DNA of 36,200 bases from Candidatus Altimarinota bacterium (GCA_043722085.1 JAYSPL010000136.1:1-36200), one strand, 5' to 3'; numbered from the stretch's first letter, positions 21,538-31,755 are shown. Notes: a model not told the origin generated them from the sequence alone. Made by a program: numbers and translations.

Positions 21538-21606
21538 ATGGATATTTTTTTGAAAATATGTTTGTCAATTTTTCATTACCATTATCAATTTACTATAATT
21601 GACTAG
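21538..21606 (+). CDS. candidate 22-aa hydrophobic peptide, antisense to the rplP-rpmC spacer
   Basis: Strong SD aaAGGAGGtgat (GGAGG at 21529-21533) lies 4 nt before ATG 21538. Peptide [25 protein letters not shown] at 21604-21606. No homology support. Confidence 0.2.
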   Translation: MDIFLKICLSIFHYHYQFTIID

Positions 21607-22019
21607 AAGTCATTACGAGAGAGGACAACTTTCATTTTGAGTGGGAGCTTGTACGCCGCTTTTTCAAGAGCTTCACGAGCAATCTCTGGAGAGATATCTC
21701 CGAGTTCGAAGATAATACGTCCAGGTTTTACTGGTGCTCGATACATTTCAACACTTCCCTTTCCTCATCCCATCGGAGCTTCCGCTGCATGAGTGGTGAA
21801 TGGTTTGTCAGGAAATATACGAATCCAGAGTTTACCACCCTTTTTGAGATATCGTACAATTGTCTTTCGAGCGCTCTCAATTTGACGAGAAGTCAGGTAT
21901 CCAGACTCAATAGTCTTGATAGCATACTCACCAAAGCTGATGTCAGATCCTCGCATAGCGAGACCCTTGATGACACCACGATGCGCTTTACGATATTTAG
22001 TTCGACTCGGTTGTAACAT
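21603..22019 (-). CDS. rplP: 50S ribosomal protein L16
   Basis: [15 protein letters not shown]...AAEAPMG-G-GKGSVE. TGA at 21765-21767 lies in the MGxGKG loop. TAG at 21603-21605. Confidence 0.93.
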
Positions 22020-22064
22020 ACGAAAATCGTTAGAATTATAAAGAAAATTTTAGAAATGCAAGTT

Positions 22065-22703
22065 TTATTTCTTGAAGACGTCACCCTTGTAGATCCATAC
22101 CTTGAGGCCTAGTGTTCCAGATGGAGTCTCGGCTCTTTCATAAGCAAAGTCAACATCAGCTCGTATCGTCTGAGAAGGAATACTCCCATCCTTGAATGTC
22201 TCACGACGAGCAATCTCTGCACCATTGAGACGACCTCCAAGTTTTACCTTGATACCAAGACCACCCTTTTCAAGGGTTTTAGCGATAGCATTTTTGATCA
22301 CTCGACGATATGGCATCTTCTTCTCGAGTTGACGAGCAATAGAATCAGCAACAATAGGTGCGGAAAGCTCTGGTTTTTTGACTTCCTTAACATCGAGCGT
22401 AAATGTATATTCACTAAATGTCTTTGTAAGATTATCTTTGAGCGCGTTGATATTTTCATCATTGTTTCCGAGTATCAGAGCTGTACGAGACGTATAGATA
22501 GTAATCGATACATTCTGAGATCCAGAATGATTGATGAAAAGATTTCCGATTGGAAGATTTTTGAAGTGTTTCGTTGCCATAGCGCGGATTGCAACATCTT
22601 GAGAGACATTTTGTCCGTATGATTTACGGTCATAGTATCCATTGGATCTCCAAGTTTTGATATATCCGATACGGAATGCGATGGGGCTAACTTTGTGTCA
22701 CAT
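22065..22703 (-). CDS. rpsC: 30S ribosomal protein S3
   Basis: ATG 22703 followed by TGA as codon 2 (22698-22700), giving M-G-HKVSPIAFRIGY, the conserved S3 N-terminus. Confidence 0.93.
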
Positions 22704-22732
22704 AGGGTGAAAAACTTAAGATTGAGTAAGAA

Positions 22733-23056
22733 TTATGCAGAGAGAGTGAGATCAACGTGGCTTGTTCTCTTGAGAATACGATGAGCGCGTCCTCGAGAGA
22801 TTGGATTGATACGCCTGTGAACCAGACCTTGACTCACCGAGATAGAGGCGATGCGAAGGCCCTCCATACTCTGATTATCATTGTGTACAGCATTGTGAAC
22901 TGCACTCTTGATAACATCATGAATGATGATAGCCCCTTTTTTTGGCATAAACCGGAGCGTATCGATGGCATCTTTAGCAAGCATATTGCGAACGATGTAG
23001 GCAATTACGTTGAGTTTTTTTGGAGAAATGCGAATATTTCGTACAGAAGCTTTCAT
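22733..23056 (-). CDS. rplV: 50S ribosomal protein L22
   Basis: VRNIRISPKKLNVIAYIVRN...RINPISRGRAHRILKRTSHV. Confidence 0.93.
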   Translation of the reverse strand: MKASVRNIRISPKKLNVIAYIVRNMLAKDAIDTLRFMPKKGAIIIHDVIKSAVHNAVHNDNQSMEGLRIASISVSQGLVHRRINPISRGRAHRILKRTSHVDLTLSA

Positions 23057-23119
23057 AAAATTTGAGAGGTTATATTTTAGATCAGAATACTCTCCAGGAG
23101 AGGCGTATTCTAGAATCTA

Positions 23120-23383
23120 TTATTTGTTACCAGAATGACCAGTAAATCTACGTGTAAAAGAGAATTCACCAAGTTTATGTCCAACCATATCTTCAGTAAC
23201 AAACACTGGAACATGTTGTTTTCCGTTGTGAACACCAAATGTATGTCCAACAAATTCTGGTGCTACCGTACAGGCACGAGACCAAGTTTTGATAATTGAT
23301 TTTCGACCACTCTCGTTGAGGGCCTCAACTTTTTTCATAACACGGAGATCGATGTATGGTCATTTTTTAAGACTACGAGTCAT
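23120..23383 (-). CDS. rpsS: 30S ribosomal protein S19
   Basis: MTRSLKK-G-PYIDLRV with TGA at 23360-23362, then [29 protein letters not shown]. Confidence 0.93.
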
Positions 23384-23443
23384 AAGAGGGGAAATTAGGA
23401 TTTAGTTTTGAAGATCAGGTACCAGCCATCAAATATGATGGGA

Positions 23444-24286
23444 TTATCCCTGAAGTTTTCCAGCACGAGTACGAAGAATCCAACGATCTGTTGTTTTTCG
23501 ACTTCGAGTTTTGACACCACGAGCGAGACGACCCCATGGAGTCTTTGGTCCTTTTCGTTGTCCAACTGATTGATGTCCTTCACCACCTCCGTGCGGATGG
23601 TCAACCGGATTCATAGAAGAACCAAGAACTGTAGGACGCTTACCCATCCATCTGCTTCGACCTGCCTTACCGATTGTTACCTGATTCCAATCTGAGTTAG
23701 ATACGGTTCCGACGGTCGCTGAACATTTTTTATGAACGAGACGGATCTCACCAGAAGACATCTTGAGTTGAGTATATTCACCTTCTTGAGAAAGAACGAG
23801 TGCTGAGGCACCAGCTGCACGAACCGCAATAGCTCCATGACCAACAATCATCTCTACATTGTGAACCATCAGTCCAGTAGGAATGAGTCCAATTTCCATA
23901 CGGTTCCCTGGAATAGGCTTTGCCGTATTAGAAGTAACGATCTGATCACCAACCTTGGTCGTCGCGTGAGCGAGAGTATAGCGACGTTCTCCATCTTGAT
24001 AACATACGAGTGCTATAAAACTCGTTCGGTATGGATCGTATTCTACCGTCTCAATTGTTCCAGGAATATCAAACTTATTAAGTTTGAAGTCTATCTGACG
24101 ATAGAGTTTCTTGTGTCCAGAACCTTGATGACGAACAGATATTCGTCCAGCACTATTGCGACCAGCATGCCTCTGAATAGAGCTCGTAAGTGCTTTGTGT
24201 GGAGTACTTGTCGTAAGTTCTTCATACGTGAGACCTGTCATGAAACGACGAGAGGGGGTATATGGTTTGTACTTCTTGATTGGCAT
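23444..24286 (-). CDS. rplB: 50S ribosomal protein L2
   Basis: 280 aa. MNPVDHPHGGGEG motif. No TGA. Confidence 0.96.
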   Translation of the reverse strand: MPIKKYKPYTPSRRFMTGLTYEELTTSTPHKALTSSIQRHAGRNSAGRISVRHQGSGHKKLYRQIDFKLNKFDIPGTIETVEYDPYRTSFIALVCYQDGERRYTLAHATTKVGDQIVTSNTAKPIPGNRMEIGLIPTGLMVHNVEMIVGHGAIAVRAAGASALVLSQEGEYTQLKMSSGEIRLVHKKCSATVGTVSNSDWNQVTIGKAGRSRWMGKRPTVLGSSMNPVDHPHGGGEGHQSVGQRKGPKTPWGRLARGVKTRSRKTTDRWILRTRAGKLQG

Positions 24287-24333
24287 GGGAGAAAAATAAG
24301 TTTTTAGTTTTTAGTTTTGGTCTCGGCTTGAAA

Positions 24334-24627
24334 TTATAGAATAACTTCAAAGTTATTGATCCGATTTCAAGCTTTCATAGTGATCATCGCCTTCTTTTCG
24401 ATACCCTTTTTCTTTTGTACTCCAGTACGAGTATTGTGGAATTTTTCGCGAGTATAGAGGATATTGACTTTTTCAACATCTTTACCGTAGAGTGCGCGGA
24501 TTGCATTTTTTACGTCGATCTTTGTTGCAGCATCGTCAATCATACAAGTATAGACTCCGCTTAGTTCTCCGTCAGTACTTTTATTAGTAACAACGAATTT
24601 TTTGATGACAGAATAGAGGGAATTCAT
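24334..24627 (-). CDS. rplW: 50S ribosomal protein L23
   Basis: ATG 24627 (the track TTG 24651 is also possible). YSVIKKFVVTNKS...KTDVKNAIRALYG. The TGA at 24367-24369 is read through to TAA 24334-24336. Confidence 0.85.
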
Positions 24628-24680
24628 AGAGAGGGAAGTTAGATTTTGCAAGTGGGAATTGGCATTCGAACTGCAGGGTA

Positions 24681-25304
24681 TTATTTTGTGAAGTGCTCGT
24701 ACATATGCTTGAGTGACGCCTCAGTGAAGATAACATCAGAATATTTGAGAAGATCGTGTGGATTGAGATACTCAACATTGACGATACGAGATTCAGGAAT
24801 ATTCATAGCCCCATTTACTGATACTTTTTCCTCACGAGTAATGGCGAGAAGTGGCTTTCGAGCCGTGATAGTTGCAAGGAATCCAGTCATAGATCGAGTT
24901 TTTTCACCGAATCATGTGAAGTTCTGTACTACCTTGATCTGATCAGCAGAAGCCTTAGTGGAAAGGAGAGAAACGAGCGCAAGACGACGTTCTTGTTTGT
25001 TCATGCAGAGAGAAAAATTCCTATCATTACGAGGACCGAATACCACACCTCCACCGCGACGCATTGGAGAACGACGATCACCCATACGAGCATTACCAGT
25101 TCCCTTTTGCTTGAACATCTTTCGAGTAGAACCTGCAATTTCACCACGATGTTTGGTGTGAGCAATGTTGATACGAGCGTTTGCCTGTTGCAAAACGAGG
25201 AGACGGTGCATAAGAGGAAGATTCGGGGTGATACCAAAGTATGATACTTCGAGATCAACAGTACCAGACTGTTTACCAAGAGTGTCGTAGAGAGGAGCTT
25301 TCAT
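24681..25304 (-). CDS. rplD: 50S ribosomal protein L4
   Basis: Track ORFs 24912..25304 and 24681..24890 join across one TGA. KQKGTGNARMGDRRSPMRRGGGVVFGP. Confidence 0.93.
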
Positions 25305-25372
25305 AGAATTTGATTTTTAGTACCCGGGGGGGTATATGTAAATTTGGAATTGAGCGGATACCTGAGAGAGAT

Positions 25373-25927
25373 CTAGAATGTCAGAGTAACGAGTGAATTG
25401 CGAGCACCAGGGACAGGTCCCTTGATAGCAACAACTCCGAGTTCTTTGTTTACAAGAATAAGAGGAACGTGCTTGAGAGTAATTCCATCAAGACCCATAT
25501 GACCGTGCATCTTTTGACCTGGCTTGGTACGACGAGGCTTGCGTTTACCGATAGAACCAAGTGCGCGGTGAAATTTGGAACCGTGAGATGCAGGACCTCC
25601 TCTAAAATTCCAACGTTTCATAGCCCCTTGGAAACCCTTACCTTTAGAGATACCCGATACCGTCACTTCTGTGATAGTATCAAATATATCAAGCGAGACA
25701 ATATCCCCCTTAACCACTCCTGCGAGTACACCATCGAGATCGAACTCTCGCATAGTGATTTTTTTACCATCAGTCATACGGATGACGACTGCTGAGTATC
25801 CATCAGTCTCTACAGTTTTTACCTGAGCGACATCAAGAGTTGGGACACGAATAAGTGTCACAGGAGTAAAGGCTCCGTTATGAATAACACGAGTCATTTC
25901 AATTTTTTTGCCGAGTATTCCAGCCAT
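25373..25927 (-). CDS. rplC: 50S ribosomal protein L3
   Basis: MAGILGKKIEMTRV...SKGKGFQGAMKRWNFRGGPASHGS. Confidence 0.95.
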   Translation of the reverse strand: MAGILGKKIEMTRVIHNGAFTPVTLIRVPTLDVAQVKTVETDGYSAVVIRMTDGKKITMREFDLDGVLAGVVKGDIVSLDIFDTITEVTVSGISKGKGFQGAMKRWNFRGGPASHGSKFHRALGSIGKRKPRRTKPGQKMHGHMGLDGITLKHVPLILVNKELGVVAIKGPVPGARNSLVTLTF

Positions 25928-26003
25928 AGTATAGAGGGGATATATAAATAATGAGAGGTTGTTCGGATACTCTGTATGAACAGGTATTGGACGAGCAACA
26001 TCA

Positions 26004-26019
26004 ATCTGCCGAAGCAGAT
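26004..26019 (-). promoter_or_regulatory. 5'-leader hairpin with cUUCGg tetraloop upstream of rplC
   Basis: Minus strand reads atctgc-ttcg-gcagat (6-bp stem), between the candidate promoter and the rplC start. Confidence 0.35.
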
Positions 26020-26046
26020 ACTTCCAAAGGGAGTAAAAGTAGGGGC

Positions 26047-26074
26047 ATCATATGGAATGAGGGGGAAATGTCAA
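26047..26074 (-). promoter_or_regulatory. sigma70-type promoter candidate for the rplC operon
   Basis: Minus strand reads TTGACA (26074-26069), a 16-nt spacer, then TATGAT (26052-26047). It is about 120 nt upstream of the rplC ATG and just after the FecR-gene stop. Confidence 0.45.
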
Positions 26075-26091
26075 AAGATTTTGTGAAGAAA

Positions 26092-27261
26092 CTATTGAAA
26101 GAGTTTCTCAAAGAGAATTCGAGATTCAGTACTAACCGTACTTGTATCTATTTTTTTGATACTCGACATGATAGAATCGACCGTGGTTCCACTCTTTTGA
26201 GCGTAGATATTGATGAGATTTTTCGCATTCTGAAGAGTATTCCCTGAGGCACTCCGCAAATCCCAAATAGCTCATCGGGTAAGACTCTCTATGATCTGAT
26301 CTCCATTCGTGAATCCATGAGAGAGTGCGTTAATCGTTCAGCGAAATTGATCTCGTTCTTGTACAAAATCTGTACTCTGAAATGCCTGATACCACTTGAG
26401 GATTGCTTCCTGTGGGAAATTTGCGAGAGAGTCTCTATTTCCAGAACGCAGAGATGAGACAATGTCAATATCTCGGAATGCCGTAAACCAAGAGAGAATC
26501 CACCGTACGATATGATCCCAAACCTGTGTGATGCCTGATTTTCCAGTGAGCCTACCGTAGGCTTGGCGTAATTCTGTATTGCGAAGCGTTGTATACGTGT
26601 TATCCTTGATGGTATTGATTGAAATCCAAGCATCATCCAAGTCTCGGGTAATTTTTTTAAAGATATCGTTTGCCATCACGGATTCCCCGGGCAGGAGGGT
26701 CACGAGTTTTCCAAAAGAGTTCTCGAGCGTCACACTATGGTCAACCGAATGGATATAGTTCGCGTCCAGATTGATCTCAAATACGGTTCCACGAACTCAG
26801 GCAACAGTTCCAGACTTCGGGAGCTTAAATTCGATGCGAGAATCAGGATAGAGTGTCCGAACGATATTGGACCACGCCTTACCATTTTCGAGAACGGCGA
26901 CAAGTTCTATATGAGAATAGTCATCTGCGACACGCATTTTTTCGATCGTCAGTCTTGAGTTGGCGCCCAATCGTGTCGTGGAATGATCGGGCCAAGCAAT
27001 CACCGCGAGCGAATTTTCGCGAGTCATAATACTATCTCATTCCTGAATATCGTATATTTCTGGTGTTGTCATATCGATCGATATGTTACCTCGAGTAATC
27101 GTGGCCTTTCATTGTTCTACTGAAAGAAATGGGTTGATCGGATCATCACTATGAATCGCCTGATAATACCGATACGTTGTCATCGAAAAGGCTATGACAA
27201 AAATCGAAGCAAGAATGATAAGTATGATAGAGATGATATTTTTGTTCACTATAAAAAGCAT
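26092..27261 (-). CDS. FecR-domain membrane-anchored protein
   Basis: Track ORFs 27109..27363 (from internal ATG 27261), 26797..27027 and 26338..26733 plus a tail form one frame across 5 TGA. TM IISIILIILASIFVIAF. FecR-like core LPKSGTVA-G-VRGTVFEI. TAG at 26092-26094. Confidence 0.68.
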
Positions 27262-27305
27262 GAGAGAATAAGAGCTACCGAGATATATGGTAGTTTCAAA
27301 AAGGA

Positions 27306-27680
27306 CTAGCCTACAATCCTGCAAGGTATCATGGCATCTTCGCAGCATGCATATACAGCACACAGGCGATGGTATCCATCCGCGATAATGACGGTAGCAC
27401 TATCTGGACTACGAACAAGGAGAAGTGGCGAAAGTGGGATATTTTCTTTTATCTTTTTTTGATCTTTTTTGACGTGGGAATTGCTCACGCCAAGAAGACT
27501 CAGGTGTGATGCACGAAAAATATCTTTCGCCTTAAAAGTTACGACTTCGGCTTTTTGAAGTGCATCAACGTATCACTTTGCCCGGTCACTTGGGAACATC
27601 AAGCTCAAATACGACTCAGCCGCTGGATAGTCATGCACCTCTGGAACATCGAGCCAAGTAATTGGGCGTATTTTTTTCAT
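27306..27680 (-). CDS. small ParB/Srx-fold-like protein (DGYHR motif)
   Basis: ATG 27680 is reached through one TGA upstream of track ORF 27306..27488. PLLLVRS...VIIADGYHRLCAV resembles the ParB N-terminal domain core. Confidence 0.45.
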
Positions 27681-27754
27681 AATATATAACAAAGAGAGAA
27701 TACCTTATATTTCAGTGCCGAGTAATGCTCGGTTACAAAAATCATACAAAATTA

Positions 27755-27779
27755 GGTACAAAAAATGATTTTTTGTACC
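27755..27779. promoter_or_regulatory. 11-bp perfect inverted repeat in a divergent intergenic region (candidate operator)
   Basis: ggtacaaaaaa-tga-ttttttgtacc, between the divergent starts at 27680 (minus) and 27915 (plus). Confidence 0.4.
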
Positions 27780-27914
27780 TATACTATCAAAAAATAAATT
27801 GAATACAAGAGATTCTCTCATTACACGATCACTGTCACAAACAACATTCCATAGATTGTAATAATTGCAATTATATATACACTACGACTCATAATAATCT
27901 AATTCGATTCCACT

Positions 27915-30900
27915 ATGAAGCACCCTATTTTTTTCGATCCCTCAGAAACACGAAGACCACAAACCAAGAAAGTACTATTTTTACTTATTGTAGCAATAGT
28001 ATTTTGACTCTTTGTATTTGCACTCAGTCTCTTTTTGCATCCGGTTCTTCCTCTGCCACATGTATTTCGTGATATCGCGAGTCATTCTGGTTTTCATAAA
28101 TCTATTCTCCGTACCCCCATCATTCAAAAGCCTATCTCCCATCGAGAGCAACGCATTTTTACTTATACTGGGGTAGTCTCTGCATCTGATCGCAAGATAT
28201 ATGCATTTGGAGTAGAGTGGGATGATGCAAGTTTTGCTTCACTCGAAACAAATAAGGAACATATTGATGCACTCATTCTCGAGGAGCTCTCACTCGCTGG
28301 AAGTGACATGTACATCCTCTTTCCTGAGAAATTCAAGAGAACTCTAGCGTACTTGACTGCCAATGATCCCGATCTTCCCGTTCATGCCCTGATCAATAAC
28401 TATAATCAGTCTAGTGGAGTCTGGGATACGAAGCTACTCTATGGGATATTGTCGGATGAGACGAGCCGAAAGCGACTTATTACCGGATTGGTGGACTTTG
28501 CAACAGAGCATCATCTTGAGGGGATCAATATCGATTTTGAGGAACTCGATACCGCTACATATCCCCTCTATACTGAATTTCTCAAAGAACTGAGTGGAAA
28601 GTTGCATACTATAGGCAAGACCGTGTCCGTTAATGTCCCGCTTTCCAATGATCAATTCGATCTCAAAGAAATTGCCAAATACGTAGATCTGATTTTTCTG
28701 ATGGCTTATGACGAACATTGGTCGAGTGCGAGCCCTGGACCTATTGCCTCACAAGACTGGTTTCTCGACGGAGTAGCATCAGCCCTTCATGATGTCCCTA
28801 GAGAAAAACTTGTCGTCACAATCTGAAATTATGGATACGATTGGACGATCTGAAAAAAACAATCGAGTGCATTGACCTTTCAGGAAGCGCATACGATTAT
28901 GCGAGAATCAGAAACCACCCTGATATTTGATACAGGGAGTCTCAATCCCATGTACTCATACCAAGATGATGAGAACAAGGAACATGAAGTCTGGTATCTC
29001 GATGCAGCCACTGCCTATAATCAAATCTCTGGAATTGCAACACTTGGAATCGGCAATATTTCCCTCTGGCGCCTCGGATCAGAAGATCCATCACTCTGGA
29101 AAATTATCGAAAAATCCGCAACACCAGACAGTACGACAAGCCTTCAGGAATTTACCTATGGGTATGATATAGACTATAATGGAACCGGTGAATTCTACAA
29201 GCTTCAAAGTGAGCCAATCATTTGAAAGCGGCACTTTTCACTCTCGGGGAATCTTATCACCAATGAAATCATTGATACCTATCCTCATCCATTCGTGGTA
29301 GCTCGATATGGGAATCCGAGTAGTAAAAAAATTGCGCTCACATTTGATGATGGCCCAGATACCAACTATACTCCACAGGTACTCGATATCCTGAAAAAGG
29401 AAGATATTCTCGCTACCTTCTTCGTGATTGGAGAAAATTCACAAAAATATCCAGGCATTATCAAGCGGATCTATGAAGAATGACACCTTCTCTGAAATCA
29501 TAGTTTTACGCATCCAGATATCTCAAAAATCGGTTCACTCCGCACGGATATGGAGCTCATCTCTACGGAGCGTATTATCGAAAGCATTACATGACACCAG
29601 ACAATGATATGGCGTCCACCATATGGTGAAGATATTGAACCTGAGACACCGGATCAAATGCAGCCACTCATCAATTCTAAGAAACTTGGATATATAACCG
29701 TCGGAATGAAAATTGATCCCAATGATTGGGCAAATCCAGGAGTTGACACCATTGTGAAGCGCACGATAGAGCAGATACAGTCTGGACAATGAAACATTAT
29801 CCTTCTTCATGACGCTTGAGGAGACCGAATCGAAACCATACAGGCGCTTCCTATTATTATCCGAAAACTCAAAAGTCTCGGGTATGAATTCGTTGGAGTC
29901 AATACACTACTCAATATTCCACGAGAAGAGATGATGCCCATTGTTACTGGAAATGATGCGGTTTTTAAAAAAATCAACCATGCCTCATTCAGCTTCTTTA
30001 CAGTGATACTTTGGGGTGCTTACTATATTTTTATTATCACTTTGATTTTTGGAATTGTCCGCCTTTGTATCGTGATACTTTTCGCATTTTTAGAAAAATA
30101 TCACTTTACCCCTCGACGTACTTATGATACTACTGGTAGTATCTCGGTATCTATCATTGTACCAGCATATAATGAGGCCAAGGTCATTCGCAAGACCATT
30201 GACTCATTGCTACTGAGTCGATACCAATATTTTGATATTATCGTCATCGACGATGGCTCTACCGATGGAACCAGTACGGTTGTACAATCTGCTTACGGAG
30301 ATAATCCACGTATCAAACTATTCACTCGAAAGAATTCCTGAAAGGGAGAAAGCATGAACTATGCTATTACCCATACCCAGTCTGATGTTGTTATCGTCAT
30401 CGACGCTGATACTATTTTTGCACCTGATACGATCAGTATGTTGGCTCGCCACTTTGGAGACAAGTCAGTTGGAGCCGTCTCATGAAATGTGCAGGTATGA
30501 AATCGAGAGAATATACTCACCAATTTTCAAGCACTCGAATATAATATGAGTCAAAATCTTGATAGACGGGCCTATGACGTCATGAATACGATTACCGTAG
30601 TTCCTGGTGCTGTGTGAGCCTGGAGACGAACGGCGCTCCTTGCGCTTGGATGATTCTCAGCAGACACCCTCGCTGAAGATAGCGATATGACGATGCAGCT
30701 TTTGAGAAATAGCTATACCATTCACCACGAGGAATCCGCCTATGCCTTTACCGAAGCGCCTTCAACCTGGTCAGCATTCTCCAAGCAACGATTCAGGTGG
30801 TCTTTCTGAGTACTTCAAGTCACTTGGAAACATATTGAGGCACTTTTTCAGAAAAAAACCTCCCCACTCCTCAGATTTTTTATTTTCCCAAGTTTTATCA

Positions 30901-31256
30901 TCTTTCAGATTATTGTCCCAGTGATTGCTCCCTTATTTGATATATTTACAATTGGACTTTTGATCACGAATATCGTTAGCTATACCATGTATGGCTCGAG
31001 TATCTATATGGAGACGCTTATCCATATTGCTCTATACTCATTCGTATTTCTCATATTTGATTTTTGTATTGCTTGTATTGCCATCTCGTTTGAAAAAAAT
31101 GCGAGCTGGAAGCTTCTCTACTATTTTCTTCCTCAGCGGCTTGCCTATCGATACTGTATGTACTATATCAATATCAAGGCACTGTGGAATGCACTCAAAT
31201 GAGTGGCCATCGGTTGGGATAAGCTGGAACGAAGTGGAACTGTCACTCCAAAGTAA
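27915..31256 (+). CDS. three-domain exopolysaccharide enzyme: TM + GH18-like + CE4 (NodB) deacetylase + GT2 processive synthase (PgaC/IcaA-like)
   Basis: One frame of 1113 codons with about 20 in-frame TGA joins track ORFs 28035..28826, 28872..29225, 29295..29483, 29604..29792, 29931..30341 and 30921..31202. GH18 core LEGINIDFEE. NodB motifs TFDDGP, G-HLL-G-NHSFTH, RPPYG, ILLHD. GT2 motifs IVPAYNE, VIDDGSTDGT, DADT, LAEDSD, QRFRWSFG. C-terminal TM helices. TAA at 31254-31256. Confidence 0.85.
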
Positions 31257-31306
31257 TTCTTCGGGTTGCTTGCTTGAATAATCTGAATATACTCCACGGC
31301 ACTAAT

Positions 31307-31708
31307 ATGTATTCTCGTTTTCACTACATTCTTATTCTGCTCATTTGTATGAGTGTATACTTGATCTATTTGATCAGTTTTTATACCATACAACAATTTC
31401 AGACGATGAATATTATGGATGGATTACAAAACGCAAACAATCGTACCACAGAAAGCAATCTCGAAAAAGAATTTCTTGTACAGTATATCCATACTGCTGC
31501 ATATCAGACACAGATCGCCAAGGCCACGCATAATAAAAAACTCCCCGGCGAAGAAGCGATCAATATTATCCAACCTGATGAAGTCGATAGCAATAAGGAC
31601 CTTGACTCCAATGTAGTCATTGCGGAAGCTCGAAAAAAAGAAGATGACCCTATGAAAAATATGAATAATCCCCAGAAGTGGTTCTACCTCATGAACAAAG
31701 GACTCTAA
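31307..31708 (+). CDS. hypothetical single-pass membrane protein (possible accessory subunit of the upstream synthase)
   Basis: ATG 31307 inside track ORF 31274..31708. TM ILILLICMSVYLIYLISFY followed by a charged tail. Confidence 0.45.
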   Translation: MYSRFHYILILLICMSVYLIYLISFYTIQQFQTMNIMDGLQNANNRTTESNLEKEFLVQYIHTAAYQTQIAKATHNKKLPGEEAINIIQPDEVDSNKDLDSNVVIAEARKKEDDPMKNMNNPQKWFYLMNKGL

Positions 31709-31710
31709 TC

Positions 31711-31740
31711 AAAAAACCTCTCAATATTGAGAGGTTTTTT
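31711..31740. terminator. bidirectional rho-independent terminator
   Basis: 30-nt perfect palindrome aaaaaacctctcaatattgagaggtttttt between convergent genes; A6/T6 runs flank a GC-containing stem. Confidence 0.7.
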
Positions 31741-31755
31741 GATTAGAGTACAGAA

